A stretch of 64,000 nucleotides of DNA, from NCBI GenBank assembly GCA_045837725.1, contig JBEWZL010000006.1, positions 1 to 64,000 on the forward strand, given 5' to 3'. The notes beneath the pieces are model-generated. The model searched no databases and was not told the DNA's origin. It saw only the letters and a program-made list of their open reading frames with translations. Numbering within the stretch: position 1 is the stretch's first letter; every line of letters starts with the position of its first letter. Below, in pieces: positions 62,619 through 64,000 of this stretch. The position numbers were made by a program, and so were the translations under genes. The DNA comes from Vermamoeba vermiformis (lineage: Eukaryota).

Positions 62619-62861
62619 TGTGTGATAGGTCCAGTAGTGGTAATGAGTGTGGTACAAACGAGCTAAGAAAGGAGCAGCGAACAGAGACAGGCACGCTAAT
62701 TTTTAGCAGGCCAAACAGTTTTGACCGTCAAATTATTCTTTGCCGCCATTTTACCGTTACTTTTTCCAAGTATTTTTGAATCAACAAGAGCGAAGTTCGT
62801 TTTTTGGCCATCGCTCAATCAACATTTTTTATTACAAACTCAATACCACAAAGCTACAATA
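62619..62861. promoter_or_regulatory. Putative bidirectional promoter LUC7 / RPA1
   Basis: Divergent start codons are 243 bp apart. Confidence 0.55.
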
Positions 62862-64000
62862 ATGCAATTCCCTGGTGGTCAATTATCAGCCGGATTTATT
62901 GCGGGCATCTGTCGCGGCGATCCTCGCTGGCAAGGTGCTACGCCTTATGTTCAAATTCTCGAGGTTAAAAAACTCGCTAATACTAATGCCGCGAACGCTC
63001 AAGGCGAGAAGCACAGGTAAGCAAGAAACGAAATTAATCCACGAAAAAATAATAATTAATAATTCTTATTTATTCGAAATTTGCAGATTACTTGTTTCCG
63101 ATGGCGTTCACTTCATGCAATCCATTCTTGCCTCTCAATTATCACATTATGTTGCTGACGGAACTGTCGCTGCTCTCTCGATCTTAAAGATTACTCAATA
63201 CAACGTCAACGATGTAAACAACAGAAAGTAAGTATCGATTCGCGGAATTATGATTTCCAATAATTTACTAACGGCGACCTAGGTTGCTTTTGTTGCTGAA
63301 TATCGAAGGCGTCCACCCTTCTTTCCCCAACAAGCTTGGCTCGCCCAACAGCATTGAAGGTGGTGCCCTTCCCGCGCAACCACAACAACAGCCTCAACAG
63401 CCTCAGCAACAATACGGGCAACAACCTCAACGCGCTGCTCAGCCTCAACAAGGTGGTGCTCCTCGCAACAACAATTACGGCCAACAACAACAGCAGCAAG
63501 GTCAACAACAGTTCCACGCAGGCGGCGATTCCATTCACCCGATCTCTGCTTTGAATCCTTACCAGCCTCGCTGGACCATTCGCGCCAGATGCACTTTCAA
63601 ACCCGAGATCAAGACCTTCAATAACGACAAGGGCGGAGGCAAGCTCTTCAGTGTTGATCTTTTGGACGAGTCCGGCGAGATTCGTGCCGTCGCATTCGGT
63701 GACGCTGTGGACCAGCTCTACCCGGTCTTCCAAGTAGATCAGATTTACAAGATCTCTGGTGGAACTCTTCGCTTTGCCAATAAGAAGTTCAACTCTCTTA
63801 AGAACGACTACGAGATCGTCTTGGACACCAATTCACTCGTGCAACGCGTCGACGGTGCTAATGTCAGAGTGCCCAAGGTTCTCTACAGCTTCGTCAACAT
63901 CGACCAAATCAACGATGTTGCCGCTAACGAAGTCATCGACGTCATTGGTATCGTGAAGGAGGTTGGCGAGCTTGGCACAATCAAGACCAAGAAGGACGGC
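62862..64000 (+). CDS. RPA1: Replication protein A 70 kDa subunit, 5' part (runs off the window)
   Basis: The N-terminal OB fold (PYVQILEVK, RLLVSDG) is followed by a Gln-rich linker and DBD-A (PISALNPYQPRWTIRAR...GKLFSVDLLDESGEIRAVAF). Confidence 0.96.

Noticed and set aside
1-64000. rRNA, tRNA, CRISPR arrays, transposase or reverse-transcriptase genes, prokaryotic operons
   Set aside because: None was recognisable by eye; the window is spliceosomal-intron-rich eukaryotic DNA.

Overview
AT-rich, gene-dense, intron-rich eukaryotic DNA with the standard genetic code, short GT-AG introns and CTAA(C/T)-type branch points. It is most consistent with a free-living amoeboid protist; that taxon is an inference. 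Gene models were spliced by eye, so boundaries are approximate. Both flanks carry housekeeping genes: an Asp/Asn beta-hydroxylase-like gene, F-box/LRR, a divergent actin, SEC16, F-BAR-2xSH3 and CDK5RAP3 on the left, and an LRR protein, polyubiquitin, PLAA/Doa1, NIP7, AP5Z1, LUC7 and RPA1 on the right. Between them, a ~18 kb accessory block (~21.3-39.0 kb) is bracketed by direct repeats of CDK5RAP3 exon 1 and its upstream DNA. The block holds a PA-domain 7TM gene, a local duplication of a small Cys-rich surface protein, a TPP1/sedolisin pseudogene, a Kelch-Ig transmembrane kinase and several compositionally alien patches. The most notable items are: (1) two tandem NEK-like pseudokinase-GNAT acetyltransferase fusions with different catalytic lesions, followed by two single-lobe EF-hand genes; (2) a strongly divergent tri-ubiquitin with ATA where ATG is expected; (3) a candidate poison exon and a 3'UTR intron in LUC7; (4) a recurrent, mostly intronic palindrome TGACAC[G/C]TGTCA. 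Some indels may be assembly errors.
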